Assembly: GCA_900557185.1 (NCBI GenBank)
Contig: USRP01000002.1
Location: 1 to 46,018, forward strand
Direction: 5' to 3'
DNA from: an uncultured Mycoplasmatota bacterium
GTDB lineage: Bacteria; Bacillota_I; Bacilli_A; RF39; UBA660
DNA: 46,018 bases
Shown: positions 7,546 through 16,684 of the stretch, in pieces
How positions within the stretch are numbered: the stretch's first letter is position 1
Layout of the letters: each line of letters starts with the position of its first letter
Notes under the pieces: model-generated
Seen by the model: only the letters and a program-made list of their open reading frames with translations
Told to the model about the DNA's origin: nothing
Database searches by the model: none
Position numbers and translations under genes: made by a program

Positions 7546-10500
7546 ATGAAATGTTTAGAAAAATATATATCAATTGACGACAATGTAGATGGTGTAACAG
7601 GATTAACGGATGAATTATTTTGTTATTATTTATCTGAAGTATTACGAAAAAAGAAACGAAATATTCTACTTGTTACTAGTTCTCTATTTGAAGCGAATAA
7701 ATACTATCAAATGGTTTCAGATTATACAGACGATGTATATCTTTTTCCGGTGGATGATTTTTTAACGAGTGAAGCGTTGGCTATTTCTCCTGAATTTAAA
7801 ATTACACGTTTAGAAACAATGTTAAATTCTTTAACATATCCGCCTAAAATTGTTATTACAAACCTTATGGGATATTTGAGGTATTTACCAACACCTGATG
7901 TATATCAGAATCATTTTTTAACAATTCAACAAGATTGTGATTATCAAATGAATGAATTAATTCAAAAATTATATCAAATGGGATATCAAAGAGAGACATT
8001 AGTTAATAAAACAGGGGAAATGGCAGTGCGTGGTTTTGTGATTGATGTTTTTCCAATGGGAATGGATCATCCAGTTCGTGTTGAATTCTGGGGAGATACA
8101 GTTGATTCTATTCGTACTTTTGAAGTTGATAATCAACATACATTGGAGAAATTTGAAGAAGTCACAATTTATCCTAATACAGAATTTTTAACTTCTACAA
8201 CAGTCGATTTAGAGAATATTCACCAAAGATTATTGCCTGAATATGGAAATGTAAGTACAATTTCAGATTATTTAAAAGATTGCATGGTTGTTTATGCGGA
8301 TTATCAACAATTAAAAGTTAGTTATGAAAATTTATTAGATGAAATTTATCACTATAATATCAGTATGGAATTGGATGGTAATACCAAGTACATGCATGAT
8401 TTTTATATGCTAGATGCCAGAGAAAAACATCATTTTTATTATATGGGTGTTGAAAATATTGTAAATAGAGGTGTGTTACAACAATTTGATACCAAAGATA
8501 TTTCTATGTTTCCAACGAATATGGATGAAATTAGAAAATATCTTTTAGAAAAGAAGAAACAAGGTATGACAATTGTTTTAGCGTTAAAAGATCGATATCA
8601 AGTAAATCATGTAATTGAGTCCTTAGAGGAGAAAGATATTTTATTTGTGGATGATGAACATATTGTAACTGGTCAAATCAACGCAATTATTTTTCCTCTT
8701 ACGAAAGGGTTTCAAATTCAGGATTTCATGGCTTTAACAGAGCACGAATTGTTTCACAAAAAAATAGATCGTGTAAAATATAAAACGAATTTTAAGTTTG
8801 GTACGAAAATTCGTGATATTAACAAGCTTCAGATAGGAGATTACATTGTTCATAATGTCCACGGGATAGGAAGATATATAGGTTTAAAAACACTATTAAA
8901 AAATGGCTTACAAAAAGATTATTTGATGGTGGAATATAAAGACCATGATAAGTTATATATTCCTGTTGAAAAAATTGATTCTATTAGTAAATATTCTTCG
9001 AGTGAAGGAAGCATTCCTAGATTAAATAAATTAGGTGGAAGTGAATGGGCTAAAACAAAATTACGTGTCCGTAAGAAAATAGAAAATATTGCAGGACAAT
9101 TGTTAGAAATGTATGCTTTACGTGAAGCAAAACCAGGTTTTGCATTCCTACCTGATGATGAAGATCAAATTGCTTTTGAAAAAGATTTCCCATATGAGGA
9201 GACAACAGATCAATTAAAGGTTGCTGAAGAAATAAAAAAAGATATGGAATCTCCTCATCCTATGGATCGATTACTATGTGGAGATGTAGGATTTGGGAAA
9301 ACAGAAGTAGCTTTTCGAGCAATGTTTAAAGCTGTGTTAAGTGGAAAACAAGTTGCCTTTTTATGTCCAACTACGATTTTATCAAAACAACATTATCAAA
9401 ATGCTATCAATCGTTTTTCAAATTTTCCTGTGCGTATCGTACTATTGAATCGATTTGTATCAAGTAAAGAAGCAAAACAAATTTTGGATGATTTAAAAGA
9501 AGGCAAAGTGGATATTTTAATTGGGACACATCGTATATTAAGTGATGATGTACAATTTAAAGATTTAGGTTTATTGGTTATTGATGAAGAACAACGTTTT
9601 GGAGTAAAACATAAAGAAAAAATAAAACAATATCGTAATACAATTGATGTTTTAACACTATCTGCAACACCAATTCCTAGAACATTACAACTTTCAATGG
9701 CAGGTATACGAAGTTTATCATTGATAGAAACACCACCTGTGAATCGTTATCCAGTACAGACTTATGTGGTTGGTTATAATAAACCATTGTTAAAAGATGC
9801 GATTTATAAAGAATTATCACGTAATGGACAAGTATTCATTTTATATAATCATATTGATGATATGCATGCGAAAATGGCTGAAATTGAAAGGTTAGCTCCT
9901 GATGCCAAAGTAGTATCTGCACACGGAAGAATGGATAAGAATGAATTAGAAGATGTGATGCAGAAATTTGTCGATCATGAATATGATATATTAGTTTGTA
10001 CGACAATTATTGAAACAGGAATTGATATTCCTAATGTCAATACTTTGATCATCATGGGAGCTGATCACTTCGGATTATCGCAACTATATCAAATCCGTGG
10101 TAGAGTTGGACGTAGCGATAAAATAGCTTATTGTTATTTAATGTATAATGCCTCTCGTGTATTATCAGAAACAGCTAAAAAGAGATTAAATGTCATTAAA
10201 GAATTTACTGAATTAGGAAGTGGCTTCTCGATTGCTATGAGAGATTTATCTATTCGCGGAGCAGGAGATATATTAGGTAGTGAACAAGCAGGATTTATTG
10301 ATACAATTGGTATAGAATTATTTTTAAAAATGCTGAATGATGAAATTCAAAGATTACAAGGAAAAAAAGTATCAGAAGAAGGCGACACAGAATCTACACA
10401 ACCTCTTGTAGATGTATCTACAACAATTAGTGATAATTATGTTGAGGAAGAAGAATTAAAAATAGAAATTCATAAACAAATTAATACAATTGATTCATAT

Positions 10501-10854
10501 GATAAATTAAAAGAAGTAAGAGCCGATTTAGAAGACAGATTTGGTCATATTACAGATGATATGTTAATTTATATGTATGAAGAATGGTTTGAAAAAATTG
10601 CTGAGGATTTAGGGATTCGTCAAGTTAGACAAACGAAAAACTTTATAGAAGTAACCATTCCTGCATACTTATTATCTAAGTTAAAAGGAGATCAACTCTT
10701 CTTTGGTATCAGTAATATTTCTAAAATGTTTCGCTTTGCAATGCGTGGTAAAAATTTAATTATTACTTTAGATACCGTTAAGTTAGAAAAACATTTTATC
10801 TATTACTTAATAGAAATGTTAAAAATAATTCAAGAACAAGTAAGAGCATACTAA
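7546..10854 (+). CDS. mfd: Transcription-repair coupling factor Mfd
   Basis: 1102 aa; superfamily 2 helicase motifs GDVGFGKTEV, DEEQRFG, TLSATPIPRT, QLYQIRGRVGR; CarD-like RNAP-interaction domain. Confidence 0.95.
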   Translation: MKCLEKYISIDDNVDGVTGLTDELFCYYLSEVLRKKKRNILLVTSSLFEANKYYQMVSDYTDDVYLFPVDDFLTSEALAISPEFKITRLETMLNSLTYPPKIVITNLMGYLRYLPTPDVYQNHFLTIQQDCDYQMNELIQKLYQMGYQRETLVNKTGEMAVRGFVIDVFPMGMDHPVRVEFWGDTVDSIRTFEVDNQHTLEKFEEVTIYPNTEFLTSTTVDLENIHQRLLPEYGNVSTISDYLKDCMVVYADYQQLKVSYENLLDEIYHYNISMELDGNTKYMHDFYMLDAREKHHFYYMGVENIVNRGVLQQFDTKDISMFPTNMDEIRKYLLEKKKQGMTIVLALKDRYQVNHVIESLEEKDILFVDDEHIVTGQINAIIFPLTKGFQIQDFMALTEHELFHKKIDRVKYKTNFKFGTKIRDINKLQIGDYIVHNVHGIGRYIGLKTLLKNGLQKDYLMVEYKDHDKLYIPVEKIDSISKYSSSEGSIPRLNKLGGSEWAKTKLRVRKKIENIAGQLLEMYALREAKPGFAFLPDDEDQIAFEKDFPYEETTDQLKVAEEIKKDMESPHPMDRLLCGDVGFGKTEVAFRAMFKAVLSGKQVAFLCPTTILSKQHYQNAINRFSNFPVRIVLLNRFVSSKEAKQILDDLKEGKVDILIGTHRILSDDVQFKDLGLLVIDEEQRFGVKHKEKIKQYRNTIDVLTLSATPIPRTLQLSMAGIRSLSLIETPPVNRYPVQTYVVGYNKPLLKDAIYKELSRNGQVFILYNHIDDMHAKMAEIERLAPDAKVVSAHGRMDKNELEDVMQKFVDHEYDILVCTTIIETGIDIPNVNTLIIMGADHFGLSQLYQIRGRVGRSDKIAYCYLMYNASRVLSETAKKRLNVIKEFTELGSGFSIAMRDLSIRGAGDILGSEQAGFIDTIGIELFLKMLNDEIQRLQGKKVSEEGDTESTQPLVDVSTTISDNYVEEEELKIEIHKQINTIDSYDKLKEVRADLEDRFGHITDDMLIYMYEEWFEKIAEDLGIRQVRQTKNFIEVTIPAYLLSKLKGDQLFFGISNISKMFRFAMRGKNLIITLDTVKLEKHFIYYLIEMLKIIQEQVRAY

Positions 10855-10867
10855 CGTATGCTTTTTT
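10845..10867 (+). terminator. mfd rho-independent terminator
   Basis: AGCATAC / GTATGCT stem around the stop codon, followed by a T-run. Confidence 0.6.
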
Positions 10868-10888
10868 ATTTCCTGGGAAATAAAAAAG
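10862..10888 (-). terminator. Palindrome TTTATTTCCTGGGAAATAAA flanked by T and A runs. Likely a bidirectional terminator for ppaC; it also matches an NBS-type motif (see findings).
   Basis: Inverted repeat read directly between the convergent mfd and ppaC genes. Confidence 0.45.
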
Positions 10889-10896
10889 TCATGAAT

Positions 10897-12513
10897 TTAA
10901 TCCATGACTCTCATAATATTTGGAATAATTTGTTTTTTTCTAGAAATAATATGATCTAAATATTCCCCTTGATTTAGTTCATTTAAATAGAATGCGTCTT
11001 TAAATACTTCTTGGGCTTTTGAGTTGAAATAAATATAAGATCCATTTTTCATAATGTCAGTTACAAATAATCCGACAACTGCATAATCATTATGAGCTGA
11101 TACTCTTTCAATTAAATCAATGAATTTTTGCTCATTCTTTTTGATTTCTTCAATATTCAATGTGAATATCTGACCAATTCCGATTTTTGCATTATCAATT
11201 TTAAAGTTCTTAAAGTCGTTATATAGTATTTCTTCTTCTGTCATACCTTTAATAGAAGATCCTGCTTTAAACATTTCATAAGCATAATCTGAGGCATTAA
11301 TTTCTGCAATTTTAGAAAGTTCTTCAATTGCTCGTTTATCTAATTCTGTCGTAGTCGGTGATTTCATGAGTAAGGTATCAGAGATAATACCAGAAACCAT
11401 TAATCCCGCTATATTTTTTGGAATTTCAATATGGTTTTCACGATACATTAAATAAATAATCGTATTAGAACTTCCTACTGGCATATTTCTAAAATTAATT
11501 GGCATAGATGTTCCAATTGTACCAATTTTGTGGTGGTCAACAATTTCTAAAATTTCTGCTTCTTCTAAACCATCTACTGATTGTTCTGCTTCGTTATGAT
11601 CTACTAAAATAACTTGTTTTGGTTTTTTATCATTCATATCTGCTAAGCGGAATAATCCAAGACATACTCCATTGTTATCAACGACAGGATAGTTACTATA
11701 GCGATGTTTTTTAGATAATTCTGTGATATCGTTTACATAGTCATTTTCATTTACTGCAATAACGCTATCCGAATGGACAATGGTTGATACATAATTACTT
11801 AATCCAATTACTTTGGCAACACTGAATGTATCCATACTTGTACGTATGATATTTACATGATTTTGTTTTGCGATTGCTAAATGATCATCTTTTATCATTC
11901 CGTTTCCGGTAATAATAATTAATTTCGCATGATTCATAACAGCGTGTTCAATAATACTATGTCTATCTCCGACAATTAAGATCGTATCGCTTTGAATATC
12001 GATATTTTCTAAAAAAGTAGTACTACGATAAGAAGCTATTAAAGTATTTCCGCTAATTTCATCATCAAAATTTAAAATTTCTTCTCCATTTAAAATGGAT
12101 TGTATATTTTGATAAGAAGTTTCTAAGTGTGCTAAATCACCGACAATTTGTTCTGCAGCAATACTTTTCATAGATACGATTCCCAATAGTTTTTTCTGAT
12201 CATCTACAATTGGAAGCGTAGTAGCTTGACTTTTCAGCATGTGAAAAAAAGATGCATAAATAGATTCGGTATGAAAAATAAAATTGTCTTTTTGATAGTC
12301 AAAGTCTTTAATTTGTAATTTTACATCATTTAAATATTTTGGTTGTTTTACGTTAAAATATTTTAGTACAAATTTCGACTCATTATTAATATCTCCTAAT
12401 ACACGTGGTTCTGTATGATATCCAAGTTGATTTTTTAAATAAGATAATGTAATTGATGCAGTAACGCTGTCAGTATCTGGCTTTTTGTGTCCAAATATAA
12501 AAATTTGATCCAT
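10897..12513 (-). CDS. ppaC: CBS-domain-containing family II (DHH/DHHA2) inorganic pyrophosphatase
   Basis: N-terminus IFGHKKPDTDS (DHH motif I), VDHHK, C-terminal DHHA2. A roughly 250-aa CBS/DRTGG insert gives 538 aa. Confidence 0.85.
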   Translation of the reverse strand: MDQIFIFGHKKPDTDSVTASITLSYLKNQLGYHTEPRVLGDINNESKFVLKYFNVKQPKYLNDVKLQIKDFDYQKDNFIFHTESIYASFFHMLKSQATTLPIVDDQKKLLGIVSMKSIAAEQIVGDLAHLETSYQNIQSILNGEEILNFDDEISGNTLIASYRSTTFLENIDIQSDTILIVGDRHSIIEHAVMNHAKLIIITGNGMIKDDHLAIAKQNHVNIIRTSMDTFSVAKVIGLSNYVSTIVHSDSVIAVNENDYVNDITELSKKHRYSNYPVVDNNGVCLGLFRLADMNDKKPKQVILVDHNEAEQSVDGLEEAEILEIVDHHKIGTIGTSMPINFRNMPVGSSNTIIYLMYRENHIEIPKNIAGLMVSGIISDTLLMKSPTTTELDKRAIEELSKIAEINASDYAYEMFKAGSSIKGMTEEEILYNDFKNFKIDNAKIGIGQIFTLNIEEIKKNEQKFIDLIERVSAHNDYAVVGLFVTDIMKNGSYIYFNSKAQEVFKDAFYLNELNQGEYLDHIISRKKQIIPNIMRVMD

Positions 12514-12578
12514 AACTTTCCTCCTTTTTACGCCAAAAGTGGTTTATTTATTATAGCACAAATATTTTGCTGTGATAA

Positions 12579-12607
12579 GTATAAATTGTCAATTTTAACA
12601 CATTCTA
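12579..12607 (+). promoter_or_regulatory. Forespore sigma-G-like promoter candidate (GTATA-N17-CATTCTA) upstream of spoVT
   Basis: Matches the remembered SigG consensus GHATR-N17/18-CATxxTA, 22 nt upstream of the ATG. spoVT is SigG-dependent in B. subtilis. Confidence 0.35.
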
Positions 12608-12629
12608 TACATTAGAAAGTGAGGAAGTT

Positions 12630-13160
12630 ATGAAAGCAACTGGAGTTGTAAGAAGAATTGATGAATTAGGACGAATTGTAATTCCCAAAGAAATTAGAAA
12701 AACACTTAGAATTCGAGAGGGAGAAAGTTTAGAAATTTTTTTAGATAATCAAGAAAATATTGTATTAAAAAAATATTTTGCCATGAACCATTTTGAAGAA
12801 GAAGCAAAAGCATTTGTTGATACGATATATCACTTAACAAGACATAGTGTTATGATTACAGATACAGATAAAGTAATTGCTATGGCTGGTGTAGATAAAG
12901 ATATTTTAGTAAATAAACCGATTAGCGATCAACTAAAAGAGATCATTGCTCGTCGTGATAAAATGTTAGAAAAAACCAAAAAGAAAATTACATTAGTAGA
13001 AAATCAAGAAATGGAAACATGTTTTTCTTATGCGACAATTATTTCTAATGGAGATGCATTAGGTCTTGTGTTTACTTATGGAAATGATCATATTGATGAA
13101 TTAGACCGTAATATTGTTGAATTAACAGCTCAAGTACTATCAAAACAATTAGAAAATTAA
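12630..13160 (+). CDS. spoVT: Stage V sporulation transcription regulator SpoVT (AbrB-type swapped-hairpin N-domain plus GAF-like C-domain)
   Basis: MKATGVVRRIDELGRIVIPKEIRKTLRIREG is the SpoVT/AbrB signature; 176 aa; located after mfd as in B. subtilis. Confidence 0.85.
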   Translation: MKATGVVRRIDELGRIVIPKEIRKTLRIREGESLEIFLDNQENIVLKKYFAMNHFEEEAKAFVDTIYHLTRHSVMITDTDKVIAMAGVDKDILVNKPISDQLKEIIARRDKMLEKTKKKITLVENQEMETCFSYATIISNGDALGLVFTYGNDHIDELDRNIVELTAQVLSKQLEN

Positions 13161-13164
13161 ATTC

Positions 13165-13193
13165 TTGGCAAAAGAAAAATGATGTGATATAAT
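13165..13193 (+). promoter_or_regulatory. Sigma-A promoter TTGGCA-N17-TATAAT driving the T-box leader
   Basis: Hexamers and spacing read directly. Confidence 0.55.
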
Positions 13194-13199
13194 CAGTCA

Positions 13200-13419
13200 T
13201 ATAAAAACGTTGAAGGAAAGAAAGGCTAGAGTATTTTTTAAAGAGAGTTCACGTTTGGTGTAAGTGAATAAAAGGAAATAGCTGGAAATGGTTCTGGAGT
13301 TGATGATTCGATAAGTAGGATGATACGGGTAGTTCCTGTTAACAACTAGAGGTAGTTTCGACTATGAATTAAGGTGGTACCACGTATTTCACGTCCTTAT
13401 ATAGGATGTGATTTTTTTT
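13200..13419 (+). promoter_or_regulatory. T-box riboswitch leader, probable Met (AUG) specifier, with intrinsic terminator
   Basis: AGAGAG box and distal-loop GGTGTAAG. Specifier-like GAA-AUG-G at 13285-13291. T-box sequence AATTAAGGTGGTACCACG at 13367-13384. Terminator TCACGTCCT/AGGATGTGA plus T8 at 13389-13419. metG lies downstream. Confidence 0.85.
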
Positions 13420-13429
13420 GGAGGTTAAT

Positions 13430-13915
13430 ATGGGAAGATGTTTTGAGAAGATTAGTTTTGAACAGTTTAAAAAAGATTTAAAAGATGATAAAGGAACTTA
13501 TCAATCATATGAGTTACCAACAAGAAGTACAAAACATAGTGCTGGTTATGATTTTAAAGCAATTTATGATTTTTCGATTGAACCTGGTGAACAGAAAAAA
13601 ATATTTACTGGGGTAAAAGCAAAAATGGAAATAGATGAAGTACTTATGTTGTACGTTCGCAGTAGTATGGGCATTAAGCATGGCGTACGGATGTCTAATG
13701 GAGTAGGAATTATTGATAGTGATTTTTATAATAATCCAACCAACGAAGGACATTTTTCAATTACTCTTTATAATTCTAGTGACAAAACATATACTGTAAA
13801 AAAAGGAGAAGCATTTGGACAAGGAATTTTTCAAAAGTTTTTAACAGTCGATGACGAACAAGAAATTAAAACAGAAAGAACCTATGGATTCGGTTCAACG
13901 AATAAGGAGGAATAA
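13430..13915 (+). CDS. dut: Trimeric dUTP diphosphatase (YncF/YosS-like)
   Basis: Motifs SAGYDF, GIIDSDFYNN, C-terminal RTYGFGST. GGAGG RBS precedes ATG 13430. Confidence 0.85.
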   Translation: MGRCFEKISFEQFKKDLKDDKGTYQSYELPTRSTKHSAGYDFKAIYDFSIEPGEQKKIFTGVKAKMEIDEVLMLYVRSSMGIKHGVRMSNGVGIIDSDFYNNPTNEGHFSITLYNSSDKTYTVKKGEAFGQGIFQKFLTVDDEQEIKTERTYGFGSTNKEE

Positions 13916-13916
13916 T

Positions 13917-15485
13917 ATGGAAAAGAAAAAGTATTATATATCAACAGCAATCGCATATACTTCTGCAAAACCACATATAGGAAATACATATGAAATTGTG
14001 TTAGCAGATGCGATTGCAAGATTTAAACGTTTAGAAGGATATGACGTATATTTTCAAACAGGAACAGATGAACATGGAGAAAAAATTGAATTAAAAGCGA
14101 AAGAAGCAGGAAAAGAACCACAACAATTTGTCGATGAAATTGCTTCTGAAGTACATCAAATTTGGGATTGTATGAATACAAGCTATGACAAGTTTGTTCG
14201 TACTACAGACCCAGAACACGTTAAAAAAGTATCTGAAATATTTGAAAGATTATATCAACAGGGTGATATTTATAAAGGCGTATATGAGGGCTTATATTGT
14301 ACACCATGTGAATCATTTTTTACAGAATCACAATTAGTGGATGGAAAATGTCCAGATTGTGGGCGTGAAGTAAAAAAAGCTAGTGAAGAAGCATATTTCT
14401 TCCGTTTAGATAAGTATGCGAAACGTTTAGAAGAATATATTGAAACACATCCTGATTTTATACAACCAGAAGCTCGTAAAAATGAAATTATGAATAATTT
14501 TATTAAGCCAGGATTACAGGATTTATGTGTGTCTAGAACTTCTTTTGATTGGGGAGTTCCTGTTACATTTGATTCAAAACATGTTGTATATGTATGGATT
14601 GATGCATTAAGTAATTATATTACATTCTTAGGATATGATATTAACGGTAATCACGATGAAAAGTTTAAGAAGTATTGGCCAGCTGATGTTCATTTAATTG
14701 GAAAAGATATTTTAAGATTCCATACGATTTATTGGCCAATTATGTTAATGGCTTTAGATTTACCATTACCAAAGAAAATTTTTGGTCACCCATGGATTTT
14801 ATTTGGTGAAGATAAGATGAGTAAATCAAAAGGAAATATTATGTATGCAGATGATTTAGTGCGTTATTTTGGTGTGGATGCCGTACGTTATTATTTACTA
14901 CACGAAATCCCATTTGCTAGTGATGGAACAATTACATATGAATTGCTAATTGAGAGAATTAATTCTGATTTAGCAAATGTATTAGGTAATTTAGTAAATC
15001 GTACGATTAGTATGGCTCATAAATACTTTCAAGGAACAGTTACTGCGCCAAAAGATGATACAGAATTAGATGAATTATTTAAGAAAACGATTTTAGATAC
15101 AAAACAAGAAGTAATCGATAAAATGGATGATTTACGTGTTGCTGATGCTATGGAAGCAATCTTTAATCTATTTAGACGTTGTAATAAATTTATTGATGAA
15201 ACAACTCCATGGACTTTAGCAAAAGATGAATCACAACAAGATAGACTAAACGATGTATTATATTTATTGTTAGAAGGAATTCGTCATGGAGCAGTATTAT
15301 TACAGGCCTTTTTACCTGACACTGCAAAATCTATTTTTGAACAATTAAATACAACGAATACAACATTTGAATCATTAGAACAATTTGATGGATTAGGAGA
15401 ATCTATTACTGTTGGAGAAGCACATCCATTGTTTGCACGTATTGATAAAGAAAAAAAGCTTGAAGAAATTCATCAAAATCAATAA
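13917..15485 (+). CDS. metG: Methionine--tRNA ligase (short form, no C-terminal tRNA-binding domain)
   Basis: HIGN motif (AKPHIGNTYE), KMSKS, Zn knuckle CTPCE...CPDCG. ATG 13917 has an AGGAGG RBS; the ORF-track N-extension overlaps dut. Confidence 0.95.
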   Translation: MEKKKYYISTAIAYTSAKPHIGNTYEIVLADAIARFKRLEGYDVYFQTGTDEHGEKIELKAKEAGKEPQQFVDEIASEVHQIWDCMNTSYDKFVRTTDPEHVKKVSEIFERLYQQGDIYKGVYEGLYCTPCESFFTESQLVDGKCPDCGREVKKASEEAYFFRLDKYAKRLEEYIETHPDFIQPEARKNEIMNNFIKPGLQDLCVSRTSFDWGVPVTFDSKHVVYVWIDALSNYITFLGYDINGNHDEKFKKYWPADVHLIGKDILRFHTIYWPIMLMALDLPLPKKIFGHPWILFGEDKMSKSKGNIMYADDLVRYFGVDAVRYYLLHEIPFASDGTITYELLIERINSDLANVLGNLVNRTISMAHKYFQGTVTAPKDDTELDELFKKTILDTKQEVIDKMDDLRVADAMEAIFNLFRRCNKFIDETTPWTLAKDESQQDRLNDVLYLLLEGIRHGAVLLQAFLPDTAKSIFEQLNTTNTTFESLEQFDGLGESITVGEAHPLFARIDKEKKLEEIHQNQ

Positions 15486-15512
15486 AATACCAATATTCAT
15501 TGGTATTTTTTT
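15486..15512 (+). terminator. metG rho-independent terminator
   Basis: AATACCAAT / ATTGGTATT stem plus T-run. Confidence 0.7.
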
Positions 15513-15649
15513 AAATTATTATCAAATATTGTAGAAAAACTTTGTAAAATGTTGTAAATTGTACGACGAAATATCGCAAATTCGTTTGAAATTACAACGA
15601 ATTTCCTGTATAGTTAGTAGTAGGTTGTACAAAATGAAGGAGAGAAATC

Positions 15650-15820
15650 ATGTCAATTCTAAAAAATAAGGAAACGAGATCAGTTTTATTGTTATTAGGC
15701 TTTCTTGGATTCTTAGTTTTAGGTAGTGTGCTTGTTGAATTTAATATTATAGATATTCTTTATTTAATTGCGATAATTTATACAATCTGCAGGTACATTT
15801 ATCTTCATAGACATGGATAG
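15650..15820 (+). CDS. Unannotated 56-aa two-TM hypothetical membrane peptide (MSILKNKETRSVLLLLGFLGFLVLGSVLVEFNIIDILYLIAIIYTICRYIYLHRHG)
   Basis: ATG preceded by AAGGAGAG at 6 nt; two hydrophobic segments; followed by its own terminator. Below the 60-aa cut-off of the ORF track. Confidence 0.45.
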   Translation: MSILKNKETRSVLLLLGFLGFLVLGSVLVEFNIIDILYLIAIIYTICRYIYLHRHG

Positions 15821-15830
15821 AGAGTATGCA

Positions 15831-15859
15831 AATATACCATTTTATGGTATATTTTTTTT
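15831..15859 (+). terminator. Strong hairpin AATATACCAT / ATGGTATATT plus T8, directly upstream of the tatD RBS
   Basis: 10-bp perfect stem, 3-nt loop, T-run; ends 12 nt before the tatD ATG. Confidence 0.65.
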
Positions 15860-15871
15860 AGGAGTGAGATT

Positions 15872-16636
15872 ATGGTAGATACACATTGTCATTTGTTATT
15901 AGAAGAATATCAAACAGAAGAACACTTACAAGAGATTATTTTTCACATGGGAAATAATTTGATGATTACAAGTGCTACAAATATGAAAAATATGATTGAG
16001 ACATTAAATACAGTAAAGAAATATGAGAATGTTTATGGAGTTATTGGCATTCATCCCGAGGAAGTAGAAGATGGAACAGAAGAAAATTTAAAACTTTTAG
16101 AATCACATCTTCACGATGATAAAATTGTGGGTATTGGTGAGATTGGTCTCGATTATCACTATACGAAAGACAATAGAAAAAAACAGATAGAACTATTTGA
16201 AAAACAACTATTATTAGCTAAAAAATATCATCTTCCTTGTGTCATACACAGTAGAGATGCTGCAAAAGATACATATAATATATTAAAGAAGGTGATAGAT
16301 GGTAGTTTTCCCGTCATTTTACATTGTTATGGATATTCTGTAGAAATGGCTCGTGAGTTTTTAAAACTGGGTGTTTATTTTGGAATAGGAGGGGTTGTTA
16401 CTTTCAAGAATGGTGTCAAATTAGTTGAAGTAGTAAAAGAAATGCCACTAGATCGTTTGTTATTGGAGACGGATAGTCCATATTTATCTCCAGAACCATA
16501 TCGTGGTAAAGAAAATGAACCAGTAAGAATTATACATATTGCTGAAAAAATTGCACAAATTAAAAATACAAGTTTAGAAAAGGTATTAGAAATAACGACA
16601 AATACCGCAATTGCTCAATTTGACTTGAATAGGTAA
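15872..16636 (+). CDS. tatD: TatD family metal-dependent DNase/hydrolase (YabD)
   Basis: N-terminus VDTHCHL, GEIGLDYH, HSRDA, ETDSPYL motifs; follows metG as in B. subtilis. Confidence 0.9.
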   Translation: MVDTHCHLLLEEYQTEEHLQEIIFHMGNNLMITSATNMKNMIETLNTVKKYENVYGVIGIHPEEVEDGTEENLKLLESHLHDDKIVGIGEIGLDYHYTKDNRKKQIELFEKQLLLAKKYHLPCVIHSRDAAKDTYNILKKVIDGSFPVILHCYGYSVEMAREFLKLGVYFGIGGVVTFKNGVKLVEVVKEMPLDRLLLETDSPYLSPEPYRGKENEPVRIIHIAEKIAQIKNTSLEKVLEITTNTAIAQFDLNR

Positions 16637-16684
16637 TTTTGCTATACTTTAACTAGTCTATAAATAATCTTGAGGTGACATGTT

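Noticed and set aside
15530-15563. WalR-type response regulator site (TGTWAH-N5-TGTWAH) upstream of the operon containing a 3D-domain cell-wall gene
   Set aside because: The two TGTAAA hexamers (15543-15548, 15553-15558) are separated by 4 nt, not 5, so the periodicity does not fit the consensus I remember. It is kept only as a generic direct repeat.
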